This document shows positions 12,201-22,749 of a DNA stretch of 64,000 nt, piece by piece. Numbering within the stretch: the stretch's first letter is position 1; each line of letters opens with the position of its first letter. Both the position numbers and the translations under genes were made by a program. The notes beneath the pieces are model-generated. The model ran no database searches. It was given only the letters and a program-made list of their open reading frames with translations, and had not been told where the DNA came from. The stretch is from Macrostomum lignano (taxonomy: Eukaryota): the NCBI GenBank assembly GCA_002269645.1, contig NIVC01000319.1, positions 310,001 to 374,000 on the forward strand, in the 5' to 3' direction.

Positions 12201-12216
12201 TGCGCTGCAGACTCAT
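6207..12216 (-). CDS. SMARCC2: SWI/SNF (BAF) core subunit SMARCC / BAF155-170 / Moira / SWI3 homolog, 4 exons, one apparent 1-nt frameshift
   Basis: Exons 12216-11515, 10006-9407, 8891-8577, 8338-6207, all GT-AG phase 0. N-terminus ...[23 protein letters not shown]...LFLDFQPGG...GWRRLDF; SWIRM ([19 protein letters not shown]...[26 protein letters not shown]); SANT ([40 protein letters not shown]); coiled coil ([31 protein letters not shown]). Frame break at about 7578. Confidence 0.95.
8376..8545. repeat. 30-bp minisatellite in SMARCC intron 3
   Basis: About 5 copies of GGGGTCGGACAAAGACTCAAACTCTACTGT with variants. Confidence 0.9.
9027..9215. repeat. Telomere-like 17/18-bp alternating minisatellite in SMARCC intron 2
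   Basis: GGGGTTTAGGTTAGGGCT alternating with GAAGTTTAGGTTAGGGT; each unit contains TTAGG and TTAGGG. Confidence 0.9.
10030..11460. repeat. 23-bp minisatellite grading into a 25-bp variant, filling SMARCC intron 1
   Basis: AGAGGGAATCTAGTGTCTCAGGC (about 10030-10970), then GAGAGGGAATCTCATATTC(TGGGTG/GGAATG) (about 11020-11340), sharing the core GAGGGAATCT. Confidence 0.95.
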
Positions 12217-12886
12217 GGCGTGACTGGGACAGCGGCGAGCTGGAAAGCGGACTTTATGGTTTATCAACTGACCATTGGAAAGAAATTGGAGTCAAGTAAG
12301 CTGCATGTTGTTTCCACTTTACTTTGCTTTTGTACAATAACATTTTCAACAAGGCCAACACAACACTACTTAAACAAAACAACCTCATGTGAATATAATT
12401 AACATATTTAGCATAACTGGAACAACACAAATTTATTATATTATCAGCTAAAATGATGAATTATGATTAATTATAAAATATTTAGCAGCACTAATTCAAT
12501 AAACAGTATATATGAATATAATATTTTGCTTTGCTTTGATAAATAAAGTATATTCAGATCTATTTTCCTATTTTGTTGAAAAAATTTCTTCTAATTTGTG
12601 ATCAGACTAAGTTTTGCCAGAAGCAAGTTTTTTAATTTACTTTTACTTAATTTGCTAATATAATACTCAATAGTATTATAAAACTAAATATTGATATTTA
12701 AAACTTTAACCCTTCAATTTAATTGAATTCAATGAAAATTTAATGTAACAAACAATAGAATTATTGACTAAAATATTTTAGTAAGGTGACAACTAATATG
12801 ATATAACTTTTGGTACTTGGTTAATTGGTTTTGTAGCATTTAGTCACTTTATTACCTATCTAGATTGGTTAGATATTGTGCATATA

Positions 12887-14325
12887 CGAGGGGTGTACCA
12901 AAAGTTCCCGGAATGTCTAATGTAGCTCTTTAATGGAGCCATAAAATTTCATGCCCATGGTGTCAAATGAAAGGAAATTTTGTCACAAAGAAAACAAAGT
13001 GAAAATCATGTTGATATCTTTTTTATTCAGGAGCTGCAGCAAGAAATGTGTGCAAAGGTCAGTGGTAGTGTTACACAACCTGACATATCAATGAAAATAA
13101 TATTTCATCTTCATTTCTGGATATTTTCATTTTGAATTCGTTCTATTGATGTGTCAGAAAGATGTGGTAGTGTCTATGGAAAAAAGCAGAAATGCTCATA
13201 AAGCTATTCTTATTTTATCCAGCATGCAAGAATGCTTTGGAAGTTGCCATAGTATGCAGAAATGCAAGTGTCTATGCTAAAAGCACCTTGAATTTACATG
13301 TGCACTCCATGCAGGAATGTCAATTGTGCAAGAATGTAATGTGCAATGTTTTTATATTTAGCATAACAGCCATAGACTACAAGCATAATCTTCTTTCCAT
13401 TGTGCAAGAATGTTTAGACTAGCTCGAGTATATTTTGTCTATGGTTCAAGTCTAACTCCACACCCCCAGCTCTACCCTTGTCTACTTTAGCCACACATGT
13501 TGGATCAAATAAGAATGCAAATCAAGCACTTAAACTTGTGTGTCTATGGCAAAAACCCTGGTGCGCTACCTGCACTCGTGTTTCAGCCATTGACATACTT
13601 GTCAGCATGCTATATTCCTCCAATCTGAGCTTTTGCATAAGTGCAGATAATTCATACCAAGTGCTTGCTTTCAACTTGAAATTTTTTGCAAAAATGAGTT
13701 TTCTTTAGAGCCTTGAAAGTCAACAAAGTCAAGTTTTTGCCCCTTGGTCAGTAGGATGGAGTGAAGCCAAGATTTCTAACCACTTATTCTCTATCCACAG
13801 TGAGAACAGCCTGAAAAAAACTGCCATTTATGGATGGATTGAACACTTTAGAGATGGCCAGTCTGCTGTGAATGATCAGCCACACTCTGGCCATCCTTGC
13901 ACATTGTGTGGCGAGACATCCCATCAATGGATCAAAACTGTTGTTGCCCAGGCCATTGACGGCATGCTTGCAAGGTGGCAGAGATGTGTCCAGCTGAATG
14001 GGGACTATGTGGAGAAGCCGCAGGTTGAGCTTGACAATTTGCTTTGAATTTTGAATTGGTGCATGCCCCAAGGATTCATCAATGGTATGAACTGTTCTGT
14101 GCTTTATTGTTTAAAATCATTGCCATAGATTTTTGAGATTGTGTAACTACCCCTGAACTTTGCTCATGTTTCTTGCTGCAGTTCCTGAATAAAAAAAGAT
14201 ATCAACATGATTTTAACTTTTTTTGTGACAAAAATTTTTTTTCATTTGACACCATGGGCGTGAAATTTCATGGCTTCATTGAAGAGCTATGTTAGACATT
14301 CTAGGAACTTTTGGGACACCCCTTG
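12887..14325 (+). mobile_element. Internally deleted Tc1/Mariner element with about 190-bp imperfect TIRs and TA TSD
   Basis: TA|CGAGGGGTGTACCAAAAGTTCC ... GGAACTTTTGGGACACCCCTTG|TA. Transposase relics on +: AIYGWIEHFRDGQSAVNDQPHSGHP (HTH / PRSGRP-like, about 13825-13900) lying close to the typical C-terminus ARWQRCVQLNGDYVEK (about 13970-14017); the DDD catalytic region is missing. Confidence 0.88.
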
Positions 14326-14974
14326 TATATTAAAAAAGTAAATGCAAATCTATCCAACCTTATATATTTTTATAACTAGGCCTTGTTTTTACATATACTA
14401 TAATCTAGAATATGGCCTCTATAGTTATATGCCGGAATTTTCTAGCATATTTATTATCCCATTGTGAATTTTTATATACATATAGGTGGTTCTACAAGAA
14501 GGAAACACTTAGAGAAATGGAAATCTCTAGATAACACATAAACTAAAAGAGCTATTTTTAAATTGCTGTTTTTTTAAAGAAATATCTATGCATGAACAGC
14601 AAATTTATTGACTCTAGATCACATTTTTTTATTTTATCCTTAATGTAGATGCACTTTATCAAAGCTCTGCATTGCTATTTTACTTTATCATTGGCATGCT
14701 ATGATAATATGGCTGACTTCTCTTAGATCCAAACTCCAAAATATTTTGGATAACTCAATTTGTCACTTTTTTCTAAATTTCAAATTGTATTAACAGTTTC
14801 TTAATACTTAACCTTGCTTTATCTCTTATATAGGCTATGCTAGACTTGTCCACACAGACCTCAAAGACATATTTTGTCTATGGCTAAACTGGCTATAAAT
14901 AGATTTAGCCAAATCAGACAATTTGTACTTAGGGCAAACAATAGTCTAGAAACTTTTGTAGTCCTGGCTTGGGC

Positions 14975-15135
14975 GCAACCTTGGGATTCACTTGGCCATT
15001 TCTATTAGCAACACACACATGTAAGTTGCTATTGGATGGAATAGTAGTCACGTGATTGCTCTTAGCCAATAGCGACTTACATGTATGTGTTGCCAATAGA
15101 AATGGCTAAGTGAATCCCAAGGTTGCACATGTATG
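14975..15135. mobile_element. Hairpin MITE (about 60-bp arms, about 30-bp spacer)
   Basis: GCAACCTTGGGATTCACTTGGCCATTTCTATT... pairs with ...AATAGAAATGGCTAAGTGAATCCCAAGGTTGC. The right end GGTTGCACATGTATG matches the TIR of the 17855-18150 element with 1 mismatch. Confidence 0.75.
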
Positions 15136-16919
15136 AATCCTTATATTTAGTAAGATACAAAAACTATAAAATGTTACCTAATCTTTTTTTGTAGTTATAA
15201 CTAGGATCATGATTAATCAAGCTATAGTTCATTTATTAAGCAATAAAACAGTCAAGATAGAACTTTTTACAAAATCCAAGACACATTCTATGTAGGCTAA
15301 CAAATACTTTATTGATATCTTAAGTAACAATTTTTCTATAAATCTGACATTTCAGAAATTTCTTTTAAGTTGGACATCTTAGCAATTCCTGCCATAATCC
15401 TTGACATATTAATAAGTACTTCAAAAACCTTGACTTCTTAACAATTTTCTCCAAAGGTAAGTGTTAGCATTATAGTAACCTGCCAACCTCAATAGCTTAG
15501 CAATTCTTAAAGGAATCATATTTGATATTGTTTTTTATATATTTTACATAATGCTTCTTTCGTACTTGATATGATACTTTTTGCATAACATAATACTTTT
15601 TTAATTTTACATTTAATATGATGCTTTTGTGATCTTTGAAATTATAGTTACCATGGGGTATAATGACATTAGAATCACATGTTAGTCAGTTAGGTTTTTA
15701 GCATTTTTAATGCATTTCAATTGAAATGTCTGCTTGACAGTAGCAAAAAAGCATGTTTTTATATTTAATCTATTTAGCATTGAGAAATTTCTTAGTCACA
15801 ATATAAATACTATGATAAGAAATTGATTTAGCTATTATTTTTTTTAATTAATCATATAGATATACACAGATAGAGAAAAACATTTTAGTATAGATAATAG
15901 ATATATATCTATATTTTACAATTTTAGTAAAATACTAATTGGACATTTATTTATCCATTTTTATAATAAACAAAAAAAAATAGAAAAAAATAAAAGCTTA
16001 ACTTAACATTGAAAAAAATTAATTTTGTCATTACATTTTTTATATTAATATTAGCATTGAATTACCTAGGCCTAAATAATTTTAATATTAGAATATGCTT
16101 CTCATGATCCAGGTATGCTGTGATTTGGTCTGTTTCTGTGTCTGTGTCATTTTGTCTACTAGCAGACCAGACAACTTTTTTGGCAAAGAAATGGGATGCA
16201 AGTCCTAGTTTTGCAATCTATGGGAATGGATAATATGGACTTAAATGAATGAAAACAAACATATAATTTACTTATTTGAATAGAAGTTGTATATCATGAG
16301 TGACATGTTATATATAGGGTTTATATTTTATAATAATTTAAAACTTTGTATAAATATATATATAACACAATTAATAGTATAGTAATATATATAAGATCAC
16401 TTATTCTAAGAAAAAAATGTAATTTAATTGTAATTCGAAATTTTTGTTTTTATTTTTATAAAGTGTTGTAATATAAATATAATTAGGCCTACAACTAGTT
16501 TATTATACTGCACTAATTTCTGTTAAAGTTTCTTATGTCCTATGGCACCTTTTTAAACCTTGAATTACAAATTTAAATGTGAAATTTATTCCAATGTAAA
16601 TATTGATATATGAGTAGCTTCATTACTACTATTTAGTACTTTCATACTACTTACTAATTATGTCACAATATAATGCTGTTTTTCATCTACAAAAGGATCA
16701 TTATTTCTATAACAATCAAATTAGAAGCAAAAATACATTAAGCACATATTTGGCCTTAAAATTTCAACCTAAAAGCTTTAAAATCTGTATTTTTCTAATC
16801 CCGAGATTGAATCATAGGATTGGCCAATTATTAGTTAGAATAAGAGTCGGAATGATACTTAGTTTAGACTCTATAATCATTTAGTAATGGCAACTGTTAT
16901 TTATCCAGTTAAATAATGA

Positions 16920-18215
16920 GTGTAACATATACCGCATGTTATTATGCATGTTATTCCGCATGTTATTCCACACGTTATTCCGCACTTTCCGCATGTTCCG
17001 CATGGTATTCCACATGTTATTACGCATGTTATTCCGCACGTTATTCCGCATTTTATTCGCATGTTATTCCGCACATTATTCCAAATATTATTCCGCACGC
17101 TATTCTGAATTTTATTCTACGTTATTCCGTACTTTATTCCGCACATTAGTCCGCACATCTACTTTTTTAACATATTTCCTACCAAGCTAGCTCTAGTCTA
17201 ACTTACGCGTCCAATACATGATTTCCATGTCAAAAACGTGAAGATATAGATAGTTTTAATAAGTATGACGATCTGCATAAAATACAATTGTAAAAATAAT
17301 GCGCCATTAGCTAAATGCAATAATATGGTTTACTTACTACACGTACATTAGTTTTTTATTTGGTGTTAGGACTTATAATATTTATTAAAGCGTAAACTTC
17401 TTTTAGTATCAAAGAACACTTTTTTTGCATCCTGTAGTGACCTTGTACATGCATGATGTGATTCTTTCATTAATTATATATGGTTGATAAGTAGTCACTC
17501 TTCTCTTCTTTTCTCAACCTCTTCACGACCTCGGCTCTGTGCATACAACTCTGTAACTCAACTTACAACTCTGCAAACTACAGCAGTACTCTATTGTTGC
17601 AGTCAATTATAATTTTACGAATGCCATTGTACTCGTAATCCAGGAAAATTATTACGACAAGTTTATGTATATGTAGGCTTTTGTTTTACATTTAAAATGT
17701 ATCAAAAATGGAAAAATTACTTGTAAATTTTATACAGAACATCGTGGAAAAATGCCTAATAACATGCGAATAATATGCGGAATAACGTGCGGAATGATGT
17801 GCTGAATAAGGTGTGGAATAAAATGTGCAGAATAACGTGCGGAATAACGTACGGCATACATGCGCAACAGTCGGCCGAGTCGGCCGATCCGGCCGACCGA
17901 TTTGGCGGCCAACCAAGGAAGTCGCAAAAATGCCAACCCGAAAAACACAGAGTAGTAGTACTAAGTAGCTGACGAGGCATTTTGGCTTTATAAGACAGTC
18001 ATAGTTACTTTTGCCGTTTACCCAAAGTTGCGTTAATTTTGCTTTCGGGTTTTTTTACATGTAAGTCGCATTTTTGGCCAAAAACTACGTCGCATTTTTG
18101 TTAAAACTAAGTCGCATGGCCGACCGAAATTTGGAGGTTGCGCATGTATGACGTACGGAATAATATGCGGAGTACTGTGCGGAATAACATACGGAATAAC
18201 ATGCGGCGTGAGTTA
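16920..18215. mobile_element. Degenerate foldback-like element with inverted subterminal 12-bp arrays
   Basis: TTATTCCGCA(C/T)G tandem at 16930-17155, with the inverted TGCGGAATAA(C/T)A tandem at 17760-17854 and 18151-18210. Exact termini not resolved. Confidence 0.6.
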
Positions 18216-19584
18216 TTCACGTGTTAAATAGATATTATTACTTATATATATTTTAATAAATCTTTCTAGATTTCAAAGGTTTCTAACTTGCATCTTGATT
18301 ATTATATTGTTATACTAGTGTATGTCTAATCACACTTAGTCTGATTGCTTCTTGTCTTATATAGCTTGTACCCTTTAATACTGCACACCCTTTTATGAGG
18401 CAAAACAAAGGGAAGATAATAAGGCATGATAAGGTATGAAAATCAAACTGAACTTAATGAGAAGTTTCAATAATCATGCATTCAATATGGAAATAAAGTT
18501 TTTAAGCGAGTTAATTGTATATACATATACCCAATAATCCTAGGTGTATTAACTAAGTATAACAATATATTAATTAAGATAGGAAAAAATAGCTCCTAAA
18601 AATCCAGAATATTAATTAGTTAAGAAATACTTTAAACTTTAAATTAAAGTAGAACATTTGTATGTAGCAATTTAACCAGACAAATAACAAAATGGCTATT
18701 AGTCTGGTGACCAGACAAATAACAATGTTGCTATTTGTCCAGTCATCAGATAGCCTAAATAACAATTGCCTTTAATGATTAATTGGAATAAGAGTTGGAA
18801 TTCCAACCATTGTTCCAACTTTTAATTCAATTGCATTATGAATCAGAATAATAGTTGGAATATTCTGAGTCAGACAAAGTTTAAGAGCTCTTAGGCTTAG
18901 TAGGATATTATTATTTATTATTCTTGACTCTTAGCTTATGCCTTATATATATGAATAGACATAGTCGTATAGGAGAAATTTTAATTTTCAAAACCTTAAA
19001 AAAGGTAGGACCCAGTCAGAAAGGACAAAATCATGACAAATTTATTTAGTCGCTTGTTATATGATGAATGAATGAATATAGTCTTCACAATTTTGCCTTT
19101 TTGTCATGTTAAATTTTAGCAATACATATTTACGCAGTTAAACAAACTATAAAATTAAAGATTATTATTAAAATCTTTTTAGTTCCAGCAAGTATATTTT
19201 GAGTTAATAAATAAAAAAGTTTTTAATTTTACAACTAAAATAAATATTTTAGTTAATTTTTTTTCATACGCGCATCTTATAAAAACACAATATTGTGATC
19301 AATTTCTGTAAATGTACTTGACGGTGTCCATTCGAACACTATAGGCTGGGAAAACTAGCACATATACATGTTTAAAAAATTAGTTGCCCATCAACAAATG
19401 TCTATATAGTGCGGCAACTGCAGGAGCACCGAAAAATACAACCTAAGCAGAAAACTTCGAACAAAACAAAACTTTCACATTTTCGCCTACCGTTGCCTAC
19501 ATGTACCTCGCTGGTTCCGTCTCTTCAGAGCTTTTCCGAGCTGCTCCTTCTCAAGCTGAGCCAGTTTTTTCACTTGGTTTAAAG
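17495..19584 (-). CDS. Candidate two terminal exons of an unidentified gene (basic/acidic helical C-terminus)
   Basis: Exon 19584-19507 (78 nt, tttcag acceptor, gtacat donor, phase 1-1, LNQVKKLAQLEKEQLGKALKRRNQR) joins in phase to 17550-17495 (ELYAQSRGREEVEKRREE*). Upstream exons not established. Confidence 0.3.
17855..18150. mobile_element. hAT-like MITE nested in the foldback element
   Basis: Perfect 14-bp TIR CATACATGCGCAAC / GTTGCGCATGTATG; 8-bp TSD ACGTACGG at 17847-17854 and 18151-18158. Confidence 0.9.
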
Positions 19585-20729
19585 CTGAAATATTAAACTA
19601 ATTGTGTTAATTGAAAATTATAATATGATGTGTTGTTAATAACGCACAAAAAATATATAATACCATATATTGATTTGTATATTATATATAAACTGAACTG
19701 CTTCAGAAATTGCAAAACATCAAGGATAACCACGATAAACGGCGAAAAACTAAAAAGTACATGAAAACTGTAGCCGCGCTCTCGGCCGTGTTGTTTAACG
19801 CATTTTCCGCGATTGGCTCGATCTCAGTCTGCAGTTGTAGAGACCCAGAAAACGTACGTGTGCTATCCGAAAACAACAAATCACTGTAACTTACTGGTTG
19901 TTGTCCTTTAATATGCCTTGTGTGTACATGTATTTTTGCGTGCATTTTTTCGCGGCAAAAAATGACAGTCAGCTGCTTATAGATATTGCGGTTAGATACA
20001 GAATAGAGAGTGTGGTCTCGGGCCCCGGAAGGCCTGTGTTTTTCCTGCAATTTTGCGGGCATTTCGTCTTAAATGGAGGTTCTTTCTTAAAATTCTAGCG
20101 TTTACTTCCACTTTTGGCTCCACTTTTTACCAACTCGATCGGTACAGTAGTTGTCTATGGGCCAAACCCCATATGACAGCCAGTCTTGCTTTTTTAGTTT
20201 ATGGTACAAACCCCAAATTTGCAGTGCGCCTAAAGTGGCCGGGGTTCGTCTGGCAGTATTGTCTATGGCTGAAACCCTAAGTTTTGCGTACTCTTTCATG
20301 TATAGGCTGGCTGGCAGCAGGACTCAGATGGTGAGGAGCTCAGATGCACAATCAAGCCTTATTGCCATCTTTGACAGCTTCAATTGATTTTAAGCTAAAA
20401 TGTGCATGTTCATTATTGTTCGCTTCTCAATTTCACACACTGACACACACAGACAGACAATTTTTAGTATAGTGGATATCAAGCCACTCGGGACGGACAC
20501 AACAGTTTGCTGTATTGGCTCAGTCTGTACTGTAATTGAATCAATATACAGTATTGCGATACGGCAAATAGGATAGGCCTTGAACAAACGATTCAGAGAT
20601 TTAAAACTATTAGCTCCTGTTTTCCTATCGTCGGAGGGCAAGTCCTACTAAACTTTCTCCAAAAGTCGCAGGTACATTACAAGGTTGCGCAAGGGAATAA
20701 AAAGTGGACCGAGGCAGAAATCCAAGCGC

Positions 20730-20870
20730 CTCCTGGGAAGGCGTTGTTGGAATGACAAGCGGGTTATGGTGAAATTCTTGGGAAGGCGTTGTTGGAATGA
20801 CAAGAGGGTTATGGGGGAATTCCTGGGAAGGCGTTGTTGGGATGACAAGAGGGGTTATGGGGGAATCCTG
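20730..20870. repeat. 45-bp tandem x3 homologous to the DOK7-like intron 5 acceptor region
   Basis: CCTGGGAAGGCGTTGTTGG(A/G)ATGACAAGAGGGTTATGGGGGAATT is nearly identical to 28734-28785. Confidence 0.85.
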
Positions 20871-21022
20871 CAGGAAACTAAGCTTGAATTGAATTTCAGC
20901 CACGGCTCCGGAGTTCGACTCCCCGGTGCGGTCACACTATCACACTGGGAAGACTGTGGCCAAGCCACTGCCCTCGCTAGCTCAGGGTGAACTGAGAATA
21001 TTTTTATGCTGATCATTGTGTA

Positions 21023-21410
21023 CACTCACTCTGATTACACTCACTCTGATTACACTCACTCTGATTACACTCACTCAGATTACACTCACTCTGATTACAC
21101 TCACCCTGATTACACTCACCCTGATTACACTCACTCTGATTACACTCACTCTGATTACACTCACTCTGATTACACTCACTCTGATTACACTCACTCTGAT
21201 TACACTCACTCTGATTACACTCACTCTGATTACACTCACTCTGATTACACTCACTCTGATTACACTCACTCTGATTACACTCACTCTGATTACACTCACT
21301 CTGATTACACTCACTCTGATCACACTCACTCTGATTACACTCACTCTGATTACACTCACTCTGATCACACTCACTCTGATTACACTCACTCTGATTACAC
21401 TCACTCTGAC
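21023..21410. repeat. 15-bp minisatellite, about 26 copies
   Basis: ACTCACTCTGATTAC repeated almost perfectly. Confidence 0.97.
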
Positions 21411-21737
21411 TTGACTGAAGCTGCTTCTTCGATAAATTATTTAAGGACGCGTTTTTGACAACTGCAGCGCGGTAAAACCTAAAAGAAGTCTATTTTCGTG
21501 GCTGTCAGGTCAATAAAATTAACCAAATTTGCATTTGGTTCAACTAAGGAAAGTAGCCTTTTGAGCTTACTGACTGACTAATTGCAGTTAGGACGATTTG
21601 GATTAAAGCAACTGGGATAAAAGCAACTGGGATTAAAGCTATTGGGATAAAAAATTGGGGTTATAACTGGGATTAGACTAGGATTTATCCATAGCCTTCA
21701 CAGTTTACAGTCAGTTCATCCAGTTTTCACCAGCAGT

Positions 21738-22739
21738 TCAGCGCACCAGATCGAAGAAGCTGCGGATCTCAGCCTCGGTCATCGAGTCGTTCATGACGGC
21801 CACCACCTGCACCGTGCCGTTCAGCATTCGCGAGTCGCCATGTCGAAATCCCAGTCTTAGGCAGTTGCAGCTGGGAATGCTCGATTCAAGATACGGGCCT
21901 CCCACATTCACCTGCCCTGGCGGCACGAAGCCTCCGTTGGAGAAAAATGTTCGGCTCGAGCGAGACGCTGACGTCAGGCCGACTTCCACGAACGAATTCG
22001 GGCTAAACGAGTTCGTTTCCGGTGCGGTTTGAAGTACAGGCTGATTGAAGCTGGTTCGTCGTCCCAGAAGACGGCTCCAAAGTTCTTGGTGGTGCAGTCG
22101 TAGCTCTCCAGAATTGCTATACATTCTTGATCTCCCGCTTGAGCCTGAAGAGCCACATGAGAGCCTGCTGGTAGTTCGCGAACTCCACGTTCTCCAGCCA
22201 CATCTTGGACGACACTCCGTCGAGCTTGGCTCCCTCGCTGCTCCACTCCACATTCTCCGACATCCACTGCTGCGTCTGGCCGCACACCAAGTTGCTCCTG
22301 CTGGCGTCCGCATCGTCGCTCATCACCCAGGCGGCCCTCAGCTTCGAGCCCACACCCAGCATGAGCTTCCTGCTCAAGGTGAGGAACTTGGCGGCTCTGG
22401 CATTGGCGAATGCGGCACAGCGGCGAGGCTGCGAGCTCTCTGCAGCAGCGAGTCCATCGATGAGGTGGCACACTGCGGTGTATTGGAAGGGAAGCCGTTG
22501 CGCTGCCTCATCAACTCACCTGCTGGACTCTCCGCATCCAGAGATGCTTGCAGGCCGCATGCACAGCAAGGTGGGGCTCAGGGGAGATGGGCGCAGATGG
22601 GGCTGGGCGATCAGCAGCAGAAATCGCCTGCGGGAAGCCGCATGGGCGATGCGGGTGGCCCGTGAGTCGCCGCAGTTGCCTTCCCGCGTTGCCTTCTGCG
22701 CGCATTGTGAAAAACTACAGTAGAAACTCTGCTTAATAC
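21738..22739 (-). pseudogene. Frameshifted GC-rich coding segment, possibly ending in a MATH/TRAF-like domain
   Basis: Three protein-like frames are joined by two 1-nt shifts (about 22120 and about 22020): ...LMWLFRLKREIKNV / IAILESYDCTTKNFGAVFWDDEPASISLYFKPHRK / TNSFSPNSFVEVGL...NVGGPY...DSRMLNGTVQVVAVMN...FFDLVR*. The MATH resemblance is by eye only. Confidence 0.45.
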
Positions 22740-22749
22740 CTGGTCAGTA

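Noticed and set aside
15365-15465. Apparent + strand exon with a GTAAGT donor
   Set aside because: All frames are closed, and the segment is an inverted relic of the 52.6-53.6 kb repeat motif.
19703-20062. 119-aa minus-strand ORF
   Set aside because: No recognisable motif, and no splice phase links it to the 19584 exon.
21006-21458. (HSDYT)n 150-aa ORF and (MLAIWVDACY)n or (NQGLL)n ORFs elsewhere
   Set aside because: Stop-free readings of short-unit satellites in several frames at once.
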